DNA of 64,000 nt, taken from the NCBI GenBank assembly GCA_017609605.1, contig JAFCDO010000002.1, positions 9,369 to 73,368 on the forward strand, in the 5' to 3' direction. Both the position numbers and the translations under genes were made by a program. Positions 54,844 through 64,000 of this stretch are shown here, piece after piece (position 1 is the stretch's first letter; each line of letters begins with the position of its first letter). The notes beneath the pieces were generated by a model. The model saw nothing but the letters and a program-made list of their open reading frames with translations. It made no database searches and had not been told where the DNA came from. This DNA comes from Candidatus Parvarchaeota archaeon. Lineage in GTDB: Archaea; Nanobdellota; Nanobdellia; JAAOXT01.

Positions 54844-55268
54844 TTGGTTAGTTTTTCTTTCTTTCCTTTAATTATTTCTTTTAGCGAGATGTTGTTGACT
54901 TTGATTACTTTGAATTTGATTCCCGGGATGTCTCCTCTGGAGCCTTTCATTGGTCCCCCGATTCTTTCGAGCATGACTTCGTTGTGTTCGTCAATGTGTT
55001 TTATGGCAAGGTTTCCTGGCACGAATGCTGTCACGGTTTTCCCGTTTTTGATTAGTTGGACTAGCACGCATTTTATCATTCCTGAGTGGGGTTGTTTTCT
55101 TTCTCTCATCACTTTTTTGAGCACTATTCCTCTGGCTTGCGGGCTTCCTTCTAGGGGGTCATATTTTTTCCATAGTTTGAATCTTCTGAACCTTTCTCCT
55201 TTTTTGGAGAACCTGAACTTGTTATGATTCTTCACCAGTTTTCGTCCTGCGAACAGTCCTCTTGCCAT
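54840..55268 (-). CDS. rps12: 30S ribosomal protein S12 (uS12)
   Basis: …[15 protein letters not shown]…[28 protein letters not shown]… is the uS12 signature. Confidence 0.9.
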   Translation of the reverse strand: MARGLFAGRKLVKNHNKFRFSKKGERFRRFKLWKKYDPLEGSPQARGIVLKKVMRERKQPHSGMIKCVLVQLIKNGKTVTAFVPGNLAIKHIDEHNEVMLERIGGPMKGSRGDIPGIKFKVIKVNNISLKEIIKGKKEKLTK

Positions 55269-55280
55269 TTTATTTTTTTT

Positions 55281-55697
55281 TTATTTTATGATTATGTCTT
55301 CGATTCCGAAGTATTTTTTTACGAGTTCTTTTGCTTTTTTAAGTTTACTCCTTATTAGTGCTTTGTCGCTCGTGGGGTAAATGTTGATTATTTTTTGTCC
55401 GTCGCTTTTTTCGCTTGTGTAAACGTTTTTCATTTTTGCTGGTCTGAAAACGTTATTGACAAATTTTGTGGGTTCTTCGGAGTATTCTATGACTTCTATT
55501 CTTTTTTTTAAAGTTTTCTGAAGTGTTTTTATGTTGATTCCTCCTCTGCCTATAGCTATTCCTGCATGGCCTTCTTTGACCACGAATGTTATGGCGTTGT
55601 CGTTGGAGAAGCAGTCTTTGACCGTGGCGCCAGTAATTTTTTCGAAGAGCGTGATGTGTCTGATGGTGTCGTTGTCCAGTTTTATTCTTATTCTCAT
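55281..55697 (-). CDS. nusA: archaeal NusA-like KH-domain transcription factor
   Basis: Two KH-like segments (…AGIAIGRGGINIKTLQKTLKKRIEVI…); conserved position between L30e and S12. Confidence 0.75.
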   Translation of the reverse strand: MRIRIKLDNDTIRHITLFEKITGATVKDCFSNDNAITFVVKEGHAGIAIGRGGINIKTLQKTLKKRIEVIEYSEEPTKFVNNVFRPAKMKNVYTSEKSDGQKIINIYPTSDKALIRSKLKKAKELVKKYFGIEDIIIK

Positions 55698-55966
55698 TCT
55701 TTCTTAACTCCTAGAACAGTTATGTTAAAAGGTTTTCCGCATTGCGTTCCGAGTTCTTTTCCTTTGATTTCTAGGCTGGTTATGGGTATGTTGAGGGATT
55801 TGCAAACGTTTTCCAGTTTTTTCAGGTTTTTTTGAAATATGTTGCTTGACACCAATATTTTGCTTATTTTTCCTTTGTTTATGCCTTTTAGCACGGTTTT
55901 GATTCCTATCACTAATTTTTTTTCTTTGAGGAGGTTGATTATTTCTTTTTTCTCAGCGTCTTTCAT
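55694..55966 (-). CDS. rpl30e: 50S ribosomal protein L30e (L7Ae fold)
   Basis: 90 aa; …[25 protein letters not shown]… L30e-like; conserved position after rpoA''. Confidence 0.8.
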   Translation of the reverse strand: MKDAEKKEIINLLKEKKLVIGIKTVLKGINKGKISKILVSSNIFQKNLKKLENVCKSLNIPITSLEIKGKELGTQCGKPFNITVLGVKKE

Positions 55967-57072
55967 TTCTTTTTACTCCTTTTTTTGACCATTAGTCTTG
56001 GCAGTCCTGTCCCGACTGGGATGACTTGGTTTATCATCACGTTTTCAATTATTCCTTCAAGCCTGTCTCGCGTGTTTCTCACCGCTGCAGTGAATAGGTT
56101 GGTTATAGGTATTTCGAAGCTTGCTCTCGCGAGCACGCTGGTCTTGTTTTTGATTACGCCGTACCTGGTAGTCCCTTTTACTTCGCCGCTGGCCGTCATC
56201 GTGTCTGACACGAGCATTATGTGTCTTACGTCGACTTCTAGGCCTTGTTCGGCTAGGGTCGCGATTATTTCTTTGATTATCGTGTTTCTGGCAGCTTCTA
56301 TTCCTAGTAGGCTTGCCACTTCGTATATGTTGTTGCTTGTTGTTTTGGTGATGTCCACGAAATCCGTTTCTTTCATGACGTCTTTAAGGTTTGAGCCGAG
56401 GGTTTTGATTATCCACTTTCCTCCTTCCTTCCATGGGAGGACTTGTTCTATTCCTTTTATTCCTGACACGTATGTTTCCACGATTTTGGTTTTTATTCTG
56501 TAGAGCGCTTCAGCCCCTATATCTTTTTTTTTTGGCGTGACAGTTATTGTTCCTGCTTTGAGTTCTGCTTCGTGGTTTTTTCGTAGTTTTTCTAGGATTG
56601 TTTTTGGGATGATGTCATATTCTTTTAGTTTTTTGTGGTTAAGGTCTAGCATGATTTTTGTGTTGATTAAGTCTATGCTAACGTTTTTGATTATTTCTTT
56701 GATTTTTACTTCCAATATCTTGGCAGCTATTTTTTGGACTTTTTTCTCGTCTTCCGCGTATTCTGGTTTTAGGTGCACTTCCATCATGGGCGTGCTCGGC
56801 TCTTTTCTCGCGTCAAATATTTCGACTATTCTGGGAAGCCCTACTGTCACGTTCATTTTGGCGACTCCCGCCAAGTTTTTGGTGTTGAGCGTCATTTGCG
56901 TGCCGGGTTCGCCTAAGCTTTGAGCAGCTATTATTCCTACGCTTTCGCCTGGTTCCACCCTCATTTCTTGGTAGATTTGTTTTATTTTTTCGAGCACTTT
57001 TTTTTCGTCCTTTTTGTTCTGCTTGGCGTATTGTTTGGCTTCTTCTATTATTTTTTTTGATAGTTCGTTCAT
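55963..57072 (-). CDS. rpoA2: DNA-directed RNA polymerase subunit A'' (Rpo1C)
   Basis: 369 aa with C-terminal-half-of-RPB1-like blocks (…[11 protein letters not shown]…, …[14 protein letters not shown]…). Confidence 0.9.
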   Translation of the reverse strand: MNELSKKIIEEAKQYAKQNKKDEKKVLEKIKQIYQEMRVEPGESVGIIAAQSLGEPGTQMTLNTKNLAGVAKMNVTVGLPRIVEIFDARKEPSTPMMEVHLKPEYAEDEKKVQKIAAKILEVKIKEIIKNVSIDLINTKIMLDLNHKKLKEYDIIPKTILEKLRKNHEAELKAGTITVTPKKKDIGAEALYRIKTKIVETYVSGIKGIEQVLPWKEGGKWIIKTLGSNLKDVMKETDFVDITKTTSNNIYEVASLLGIEAARNTIIKEIIATLAEQGLEVDVRHIMLVSDTMTASGEVKGTTRYGVIKNKTSVLARASFEIPITNLFTAAVRNTRDRLEGIIENVMINQVIPVGTGLPRLMVKKRSKKK

Positions 57073-59660
57073 TTGAGCACCTCTTTAACGTCCAATTTTC
57101 CTTTTTGGGATTTGGTCACGTCTATGCCGTCTTCACCGTATTCGAATTCTATTATTCTTCCTCCGGAGTCGCGTACGGTTTGGTCGTAGTTCACGCTCAC
57201 GTCTTGTAGGGTGTTTATGAGTCTTCTTTGAAGGTATCCTGATTTTGGGGTTCTCATTGAAGTGTCCATTAGATTGTCTCTTCCTATCATCGCGTGGAAG
57301 AAGAATTCTGTGGGGGTCAGCCCTCCTTTGTAACCGTGTCTTATGAATCCGTGCGCTTCCGGTGACATGTCTCCTTTTTTGAAGTGGGGTAGCGCTCGGT
57401 CCCTGTATCCAAAGTTTATTCTTGATCCTCTGAGGGATTGTTGTCCTACGCTCGCGCTCATTAGACCGATTTGAACTAGTTTTCCTCTTGCTCCTGAACT
57501 GGCCATCACGTATAGGGAGTTGTCTTTTTTTATCTCTTTTTGAACTATTCTTCCTATTTTGTTTCTGGTTTTTCGTGTTGTCGTGAGCAGGTTTACTTCA
57601 AGGGTTTCTTTGACTGTTCTTCCGGGTAGGGATTCTAATTGTCCTTTTTCGTATTTTTCCAAGATTTTTCTGGTTTTGTTTTTTGCGTCGTCCAGCTCGT
57701 TCTTGACTTTTTTGAAGCTTTCCTTTTTAAGGTCTGTGTGTGAAGGCAGAACCGTAAATCCTTTGTAATCCAGGTAGTGTAGGGATAGTAGCGTGATTTT
57801 TTGGAGGAAGTTCACTAATTCTTTTCCACCGTATTCTCTAAGCATTTTTTTTAGTAATAGTCCGGTTCCAGCTCCTACCGCGTTGGAGTCTACGAAACCG
57901 CATTTTATTTCTCCTTTTTTAATTTTTAGAAAGCATTTATGCTCGCATTTTTCTTCTTTGCATTTGTCGCATTTCTGGCAGGTAATCGTTTTTTCCGCGT
58001 AACTTATTTTTTCGGGTACGGTTTGTGATAGGATTTCAATTCCTTTGTACGTTTTTTTGACTGGTAAGCTTGTTTCCACTCCTGCTTGCGCGAGTAGTGC
58101 TGTGGCAACTCTTCTGGGAATTTTTTGGTCTTTGCTTAAGAGGTAGAGCCCAGTTAAGTGGTCGTGTTTGCATCCTATGATTGGCAGTCCATAACGAGGA
58201 GTTATCATTTGAGTGTGAACGCTCATTAAGTGTTTGGCTTCCGCGCGGGCTTCTTCTGTTTGGGGTATGTGGAGGTTCATTTCGTCTCCGTCGAAGTCCG
58301 CGTTGTATGGAGGGGTTACGCAGAGGTTCATACCAAAGGTTTTGTAGGGCAGTATCCTTATTTTGTGGCACATTATTGACATTTTGTGTAGGGAGGGTTG
58401 TCTGTTGAACAGACATATGTCTCCGTTTATCAGATGTCTTTCCACTATGTATCCTAGCGCGAGTTCTTCAAGTATGACTTTTTTGGTTTCGTCTGTTATC
58501 CTTTTTCTTTTGCCGTCAGGAGTTATGACGTAGTTAGCGCCAGGGTATTTTTCTGGACCGTTTTTGACGTATTTTTTTAAGTGTTTGAGATTCCATTCAG
58601 TGACTCTTTCTGGAATGGTTAATTCCATGACTGCTTCAACGGGGAGTCCTACCTCATCTATTCCTATCATCGTTTCTGGGCTTATCACTGTTCTGGCTGA
58701 GAAGTCCACTCTTTTTCCTGCCAGGTTTCTTCTCATTCTTCCTTCTTTGCTTTTGATTCTTTCTGATAAAGTTTTTAGGGGTCTTCCTGACCTGTGTCTG
58801 GCGGGCGGGACTTGTGATTTGTCGTTTGCTATGAACGTGGTGACGTGGTATTGTAATAGTTCCCAGAGGTCTTCTATGATTATTTCGGGTGCTCCTGCGT
58901 TGAGGTTTTCCCATAGTCTTTGGTTTGTCCTGACTATGTCTCCTAGCTTGTGGGTTAAGTCGTCTTCACTTCTTTGACCTGACGCTAAGGTTATGCTCGG
59001 CCTAACTATCACTGGTGGTACGGGTAAGAGTGTTAGAACCATCCATTCCGGTCTGCCCGCGTCCGGGTTGAGTCCAAGTAAGAGGCAGTCTTCATCGCTC
59101 ATTTTTTCTAAGCGTTCGCGAACGTCTATTTGCGTGAGTTTAACGTTGTCTTCAGCGAACCCTGTTGGTTTTCTTATCGTGATTTTATCTTGTTTGGCTT
59201 TGCAGTGAGGACACTTGCTGGCGTTCCTGAGTTTTTTTCGTATTTTGTTTGTTACTTCCCAGTAAGCTGCTTCGCCCATGTTTTTCTTGGCTTCTTCCAT
59301 TTCTTCCAAGTATTTTTTTATGTTTGTCTCTGCTAGCAGTATTCTTCCGCAGTCGTTGCAGGTTCCTCTTAGAAAGTCGTAAATGTTTTTCGCGTATTCT
59401 ACGTGCGTGACTGGCCTGGCGAGTTCTATGTATCCGAAGTGGCCAGAGCATTCTTTGACCTTTGATCCGCATGTCCTGCACCTGAGCCCTGGGTCGACCA
59501 CCCCCATTTTCGGGTCCATTAAACCCCCTTCTACTGGGTAACCGTCTTCGTCGTATAGTTCTGGGCTGATGACTTTCATCACCGACATTTTTTTGATGAA
59601 GTAAGGACTCATTAATTTGAACGTGATTGAGCCTATTTTGTCTCTGATTATTTTTCTCAT
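57069..59660 (-). CDS. rpoA1: DNA-directed RNA polymerase subunit A' (Rpo1N)
   Basis: N-terminal Zn motifs ([16 protein letters not shown]), the catalytic [10 protein letters not shown] motif, bridge helix and trigger loop not included. The start is set at the internal ATG 59660, because the track ORF would overlap rpoB by 124 nt. Confidence 0.9.
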   Translation of the reverse strand: MRKIIRDKIGSITFKLMSPYFIKKMSVMKVISPELYDEDGYPVEGGLMDPKMGVVDPGLRCRTCGSKVKECSGHFGYIELARPVTHVEYAKNIYDFLRGTCNDCGRILLAETNIKKYLEEMEEAKKNMGEAAYWEVTNKIRKKLRNASKCPHCKAKQDKITIRKPTGFAEDNVKLTQIDVRERLEKMSDEDCLLLGLNPDAGRPEWMVLTLLPVPPVIVRPSITLASGQRSEDDLTHKLGDIVRTNQRLWENLNAGAPEIIIEDLWELLQYHVTTFIANDKSQVPPARHRSGRPLKTLSERIKSKEGRMRRNLAGKRVDFSARTVISPETMIGIDEVGLPVEAVMELTIPERVTEWNLKHLKKYVKNGPEKYPGANYVITPDGKRKRITDETKKVILEELALGYIVERHLINGDICLFNRQPSLHKMSIMCHKIRILPYKTFGMNLCVTPPYNADFDGDEMNLHIPQTEEARAEAKHLMSVHTQMITPRYGLPIIGCKHDHLTGLYLLSKDQKIPRRVATALLAQAGVETSLPVKKTYKGIEILSQTVPEKISYAEKTITCQKCDKCKEEKCEHKCFLKIKKGEIKCGFVDSNAVGAGTGLLLKKMLREYGGKELVNFLQKITLLSLHYLDYKGFTVLPSHTDLKKESFKKVKNELDDAKNKTRKILEKYEKGQLESLPGRTVKETLEVNLLTTTRKTRNKIGRIVQKEIKKDNSLYVMASSGARGKLVQIGLMSASVGQQSLRGSRINFGYRDRALPHFKKGDMSPEAHGFIRHGYKGGLTPTEFFFHAMIGRDNLMDTSMRTPKSGYLQRRLINTLQDVSVNYDQTVRDSGGRIIEFEYGEDGIDVTKSQKGKLDVKEVLK

Positions 59661-59665
59661 TTTTT

Positions 59666-62600
59666 TTATTTCCTTTGTAGGTTCATTTTTGGGTATATGC
59701 ACATTGATTTGAGCTCGTCTAGGAATAGTTTGAACGCGTAAGCCATTTCTACGAAAATTATTGGTGAGTCTTCTCCGCAAATGGGGCACACGCCTTTGCC
59801 GGTGTATTCGTTATATATCGCTGTTATCCCGCAGTTTTTGCAAATTGGTATTTGGGCTTTGTCAGAGTCCCATCTTTCTTTTAATAGTAGGCTGGCCCCG
59901 TGGGCTATGAAGCACTCTTTTTCCATTTCTCCTAGTCTGAGGCCTCCGCTTTTGCTTTTTCCTTCTGTGGGTTGTCTTGTGAGTAGTTGTACGGGTCCTC
60001 TGCTTCTGACGTGGAACTTGTTTTTCACCATGTGTGAGAGTCTTAAGTAGTATGCTGGGGCTATGAATATTCTTGCTTGAAATTGTTCTCCTGTTATCCC
60101 GTTATACATTGTTTCCGCTCCGTCTTCTCTAAAACCCATTTTGAATAGTTGTTTTCTTAGTTCTTCTTCGTGTTCTCCTGTGAAGGCTGAGCCATCGATT
60201 TGTCTGCCTTGGAGGGCTCCGACTTTGCCTCCGAGCATTTCCACTAATTGCCCTATGGTCATTCTTCCGGGTATTGAGTGCGGGCTGAATAGCATGTCAG
60301 GTTTTACTCCCGAAGCTGTGAATGGCATGTTTTCTTCGGGGATTATCATTCCTATGATTCCTTTTTGTCCGTGCCTGGAAGCGAATTTGTCTCCGATTTC
60401 GGGTATTGTTTGATCTCTTACCCTAGTTTTTACGAATCTGTTTCCGTTTTCGTTTTCAGTGATTATTACTGACGTGACAGTGGCTGAGCCCATGCGGTCC
60501 ATGGTTACGCTGGTCTCCATTCTTGACTCTACGTTGACCCGGAATTCTTCTAAGCTTGATAAGAATCTTGGAGGACTCGTTTTGCCTATGAGCACTTCTC
60601 CTTCTTTTAGTTTGGCGTCTATGTACGCTATCCCGTCTTGTTCTAAGTAGTTGTAGTATTCTTCCAACCTGTATCCTTTAATGTCTTTGTCAGGGGTTTC
60701 TATTCTGTCGAATTGGCCTCCTGGGTACTTGAGTTCTTCTGTTTTGTATGGTGTGAAGTAAGTGGCCCTGTATGCTCCTCTTTCCAAAGTGGCTTTGTTG
60801 ATGACTACAGCGTCTTCCATGTTGTAGCCTTTACCTGTTATCACTGCTATCACTATGTTTTGGCCTATTGGGTGTGAGTCATAGTTGAGTATTTCGTTCA
60901 TGAATGTTTGCACTATTGGTCTTTGCGGGTAGTGTTTTATGGCTATGTCCGCCAGGTTTTGTTGCAGTGGAAAGTTAGTGGCGAACATTCCTAGTCCTTG
61001 TTTCATCATTTTCGCTCCGTACAGTACTCTTGGTGATAGGGTGTGCTCGGCGTAGGGTATCATTGCTGTTTGCGTTCCGAAAATGACTGCTGGACTTATT
61101 TCTAGGTGAGTGGTTTCTTTCGTGATGTCTTCTTGATTTATCGCGATTAGCGAGTTTTCTTCTTCATCAGCGTCTAGGTATTCGATTATTCCTTTTTTTA
61201 CGAAGTCTTTCCAAGTCATTTGGTTGTTCTTGAGTTTTTCCAAATGTTCTGGGGTGAGAATTGTTTTGCCGTTCTCTACGATGAGTAGGGGTCTTCTTAT
61301 TCTTCCTCCGTCAACGCTTAGGTTTATGATGTTTTCTTCTGTGTTCCAGAAATAGTTTATTTCTGGGCAAGTGTCAGATTCTTTTCTGATTTTTTTGAGT
61401 GCTTTGATTATTTGGTTCGGGTTGGGGTGAATTCCGATTAGTTTTCCGTTTATGCTCACGTCGACCCCTTCTGTTCCGAGTTTTTTCATTCCCGCTTTTT
61501 TGAGTTCTTGCAGGAGTTTTTCTCGGTCGAGTGGCTCGCCAGTGCTTACTTCAGCTGTTATCGCCAAGTTTTTTCTTAGGCCTATTGGCTGTCCTTCAGG
61601 GGTTTCTGACGTGCAGAGTTTTCCCCAGTGCGTGGGGTGCAAGTCTCTTGCAGCGAAGTTTTCTTTAGAGCTTGTTAGCAGGGATATGACTCTTCTTAGG
61701 TGGGATATGCAGGCGAAGTGGTTCAGTCTTTCCAAGTGTTGGGATACGCCATGCCTGTCCCCTATCCATTCTCCCGTGGCTAGTGCTGAGCGCACCCTGG
61801 ACGTGAGGACTTTTGATCTAGTGATTCCTTGTAGGCTGGGAAATTTTTTTCTTTTGACTAAGCGCTCGAAGTTGTATTTTAGGTCATCGACTAGTCTTCG
61901 GATAATATATCTTAGCAGGGTTTCGAGCGAGTCTCCGACAAGTCTAAGTCTCTTGTTGCCGTAATGGTCTTTGTCATCTTCTTTCAGCTTGCTTGCTGAT
62001 GTGTAGAGGAGTTTCCTGACTAACCTGCATATGTAGTATGCTTTGTATATTCTGTCTTCGGGTTTGTGCCCGACATGGGGCAGCAGGTATCTGTCAAGGA
62101 CTTGTTCTGCTCTTTCAACTCTTCTTTCTGGTGATTGAGAGTACCCTAATTTTTTGCCTATGTCTTCCAGGGCTTCTAGCTTGTTTTTGGCTTCTGACGT
62201 GTACATGTTTATGTACATGTCTGACGAGAATTCTTCGTTTTGGGTGACTTCTTTTAGGATGTTTGAGTCTTTTTCAATGCCTAGGGCTTTGAGGAGTGTT
62301 ACGAAAGGTATTTTTTCTACTCTGCTGAACGTGAGGGTTATGAGTCCGTCCTTAGTTTTTTCTAGGAGGTGGGGTGCTCGGTAATTACCGTCTGTGGAGA
62401 ATACTTTTGCGCGCCACGGCGCAGTCATGTTTTTTTTGTATTCCACGAACACTTTGTTCGGCGCGAGGTCTTCTATTATTACAACTACTCTTTCCGTCCC
62501 GTTTATTATGAAGTATCCTGCTGGGTCGTCAGGGTCTTCACCTAACTCTATTAATTCGTCCTTGTTCTTTCCGTAGAGGTAGCAGTACTTGCTTCGCACC

Positions 62601-62965
62601 ATTATGGGAATGTTTCCGATGTGAACGTTTTCTTTGTCGGTTTCCTTGTCGTTCTCGACTTTGATCATTTCAAGGAATACTGGTGCTTCGTAAGTCAGGT
62701 TTCTCATTCTCGCTTCCATGGGGGTGATGAACCTGATGGACCCGTCTGTTTCTTTGGTTCTTGGTTTGTCAACCCAGACTTTGCCGAACCTGATTCTGAA
62801 AGAAGTTAGGTGGTAGGGTATTATGTCGGGTTCTATGTCCCCGATGTCGCTGATTATTTTTTGGAGTTTGAAATCAATTAGTTTTTCGAATGATTCCATG
62901 TTATGGGCTACAAGGCTTCGTGATTCAAAGTATTTTTTGAGAAGCGTGTTTGACATGTTTTTCAT
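59666..62965 (-). CDS. rpoB: DNA-directed RNA polymerase subunit B (fused B'/B'', Rpo2)
   Basis: 1099 aa with conserved RPB2 blocks (…[12 protein letters not shown]…, …[24 protein letters not shown]… C-terminal Zn ribbon). Confidence 0.9.
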   Translation of the reverse strand: MKNMSNTLLKKYFESRSLVAHNMESFEKLIDFKLQKIISDIGDIEPDIIPYHLTSFRIRFGKVWVDKPRTKETDGSIRFITPMEARMRNLTYEAPVFLEMIKVENDKETDKENVHIGNIPIMVRSKYCYLYGKNKDELIELGEDPDDPAGYFIINGTERVVVIIEDLAPNKVFVEYKKNMTAPWRAKVFSTDGNYRAPHLLEKTKDGLITLTFSRVEKIPFVTLLKALGIEKDSNILKEVTQNEEFSSDMYINMYTSEAKNKLEALEDIGKKLGYSQSPERRVERAEQVLDRYLLPHVGHKPEDRIYKAYYICRLVRKLLYTSASKLKEDDKDHYGNKRLRLVGDSLETLLRYIIRRLVDDLKYNFERLVKRKKFPSLQGITRSKVLTSRVRSALATGEWIGDRHGVSQHLERLNHFACISHLRRVISLLTSSKENFAARDLHPTHWGKLCTSETPEGQPIGLRKNLAITAEVSTGEPLDREKLLQELKKAGMKKLGTEGVDVSINGKLIGIHPNPNQIIKALKKIRKESDTCPEINYFWNTEENIINLSVDGGRIRRPLLIVENGKTILTPEHLEKLKNNQMTWKDFVKKGIIEYLDADEEENSLIAINQEDITKETTHLEISPAVIFGTQTAMIPYAEHTLSPRVLYGAKMMKQGLGMFATNFPLQQNLADIAIKHYPQRPIVQTFMNEILNYDSHPIGQNIVIAVITGKGYNMEDAVVINKATLERGAYRATYFTPYKTEELKYPGGQFDRIETPDKDIKGYRLEEYYNYLEQDGIAYIDAKLKEGEVLIGKTSPPRFLSSLEEFRVNVESRMETSVTMDRMGSATVTSVIITENENGNRFVKTRVRDQTIPEIGDKFASRHGQKGIIGMIIPEENMPFTASGVKPDMLFSPHSIPGRMTIGQLVEMLGGKVGALQGRQIDGSAFTGEHEEELRKQLFKMGFREDGAETMYNGITGEQFQARIFIAPAYYLRLSHMVKNKFHVRSRGPVQLLTRQPTEGKSKSGGLRLGEMEKECFIAHGASLLLKERWDSDKAQIPICKNCGITAIYNEYTGKGVCPICGEDSPIIFVEMAYAFKLFLDELKSMCIYPKMNLQRK

Positions 62966-63198
62966 TCCATGACCACCCTGTAATAATTGGATTCTTTTGC
63001 GGTTGAACTTTTCCTTTTGATTTCCACGACGTCGCCCAGCTTCCCTTCTATTTTTTTGATTATTGGGTCTTTTGGAAGGATTCTTGGAAGTTGGAACAGG
63101 GTTATGTTGTATTTTTCGAGAAGTTGTTTTTTTTCCTCTTCTGATAGGATTCTGTGTTCCGGAACGATTTCGATGTCAAAAATATTTATTTTACTCAT
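62962..63198 (-). CDS. rpoH: DNA-directed RNA polymerase subunit H (Rpo5)
   Basis: 78 aa; …[36 protein letters not shown]…[10 protein letters not shown]… is the canonical RpoH/RPB5 C-domain. Confidence 0.8.
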   Translation of the reverse strand: MSKINIFDIEIVPEHRILSEEEKKQLLEKYNITLFQLPRILPKDPIIKKIEGKLGDVVEIKRKSSTAKESNYYRVVME

Positions 63199-63432
63199 GC
63201 CTTCACCGAGAAACTAGATTATTAGCATGAATTAAATTGGGAAGCGTTTATAAAACTTTCGATTAATACGTCTAGACATGTTCTGTGAGAACATTCTTTC
63301 CTAATCTTCCACAAATCTCTTCATGGATGAAGAATTTTAAATAGTTTTCTGAATTTTCAAGCAACTTTTTTACCATCATTTTTTTTTGGTAGTTGGCTAT
63401 CACTTTTTTTTGCTTATTATAGAGGGTTTTGA

Positions 63433-64000
63433 ATGCTGGTTCGTTCGAGTTTATGCGGGGTTTGGGTTTGCAGGACTGTTTTGTTGAAGCGAGTGTTGAC
63501 GCTTCTGGATAGAGGTTTGAGCGTGTGCGTGGTTGGCAAGCGCGGAGTGGGTAAGACCTTATTCCTCAAGCACTTGGAGTACTATGTTGAGAATGGCGTG
63601 TTTGTTGATTCCTGTTCTTTGAAGCCTTTGCTCGAAAAGGTTTGCGAGAGTAAGGGCAGTGTTTTCGAGCTTAAGCAAAAAGCGGTTAAGTCTGGTAAAG
63701 TGTTGTTAGTGGATGAAGTGGATGTGGCGCGTAAAAACGTGGTTGAAGCCCTTACCTTTTTTTTGAGGGAAGGGGTTCGGGTTGTTGGTGCTGGCAGGGT
63801 TAAGCCGAAGGTTTTGTTCGACGCTTACGTTGAGATTAAGGATTTGGGTTTTGATGGTGCCGGGTTGTTCGCGCGTCATTTGGGCGCTAACCCTAAAGTG
63901 GCTGGTAGGGTTGGAGTGATTTCGAGGAATCCTGAGCGCATTGCCTTGTTGGTTCGCAAGTTTTTGGCGGGGGAGGAGTTAAAGATTGATGAGAAGAGGG
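63433..64000 (+). CDS. P-loop ATPase (AAA-like), 3'-partial at window edge
   Basis: ATG 63433 is preceded by an in-frame TGA. Walker A VVGKRGVGKT and Walker B VLLVDEVD. Strong G/T-ending codon bias consistent with plus-strand skew. It runs past the window end. Confidence 0.45.
   Translation, partial: MLVRSSLCGVWVCRTVLLKRVLTLLDRGLSVCVVGKRGVGKTLFLKHLEYYVENGVFVDSCSLKPLLEKVCESKGSVFELKQKAVKSGKVLLVDEVDVARKNVVEALTFFLREGVRVVGAGRVKPKVLFDAYVEIKDLGFDGAGLFARHLGANPKVAGRVGVISRNPERIALLVRKFLAGEELKIDEKR

Noticed and set aside
59661-59789. 43-codon N-terminal extension of rpoA1 overlapping rpoB by 124 nt
   Set aside because: The internal ATG at 59660 leaves a 5-nt gap to the rpoB stop (59666). The extension is basic junk, so the shorter start was adopted.
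63433-64000. Horizontal origin of the GC-richer 3'-terminal P-loop gene
   Set aside because: Its G/T-ending codon bias matches the orientation-independent plus-strand skew seen in other plus-strand genes, such as 20534-24394 and 36211-37233. The higher GC is therefore explained by strand composition, not foreign origin.
1-64000. CRISPR arrays, transposases/integrases, rRNA genes
   Set aside because: There are no regularly spaced direct repeats with unique spacers. There are no DDE or tyrosine-recombinase-like ORFs. I noticed no long conserved rRNA-like stretches. Only one tRNA (Ser-GGA) was found by inspecting intergenic spacers over 60 bp.

Overview
This window reads as an archaeal chromosome segment, most likely from a small-genome DPANN-type lineage. 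It is dominated by core information-processing genes. Most coding is on the minus strand, and neighbouring genes often share 4-nt ATGA/ATGn start-stop overlaps. No CRISPR array, transposase or integrase was seen.

The main blocks, in order:
- 1-2200: a short glutamine-synthetase-family gene divergent from an Lrp/AsnC regulator.
- 2489-4435: cbf5 and rpl14e.
- 7069-20359: a 25-gene ribosomal super-operon, L3-L4-L23-L2-S19-L22-S3-L29-SUI1-Rpp29-S17-L14-L24-S4e-L5-S14-S8-L6-L32e-L19e-L18-S5-L30-L15-SecY, followed by a DUF106-like membrane protein. Several ribosomal proteins carry Lys/Glu-rich tails.
- 20534-24394: a cassette of five plus-strand genes of unknown function. The last one carries an archaemetzincin-type HExxHxxGxxH...C-x-M...CxxC signature.
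- 24396-27744: an archease - AAA ATPase - RtcB operon.
- 28.5-38 kb: accessory and metabolic genes (SAM methyltransferases, alpha/beta hydrolase, a SIS-domain isomerase, a MiaB-like methylthiotransferase, a P-loop kinase) and tRNA-Ser(GGA) at 38058-38143.
- 38184-41315: an arginase-family gene, a Cys-rich surface protein and a PMT/ArnT-like glycosyltransferase.
- 41354-47740: S10, EF-1alpha, a compositionally distinct 505-aa radical-SAM gene, and EF-2.
- 47.8-54 kb: an insertion between fusA and rpsG holding an AT-rich DnaQ-like exonuclease, a large Cys-rich secreted protein, and an ABC transporter with an AbrB-like regulator.
- 54032-63198: S7, S12, NusA, L30e, RpoA'', RpoA', a fused RpoB and RpoH.
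- 63433 to the window edge: a partial P-loop ATPase.

The main things worth a second look are the 20.5-24.4 kb cassette, the AAA ATPase inside the archease/RtcB operon, and the radical-SAM gene between fusA and tuf. Others are a ~6-kb segment (28.5-34.7 kb) with inverted strand compositional skew, a Cys-rich module shared by two surface proteins, and a 31-bp perfect direct repeat in the K/E-rich tails of S3 and L22.
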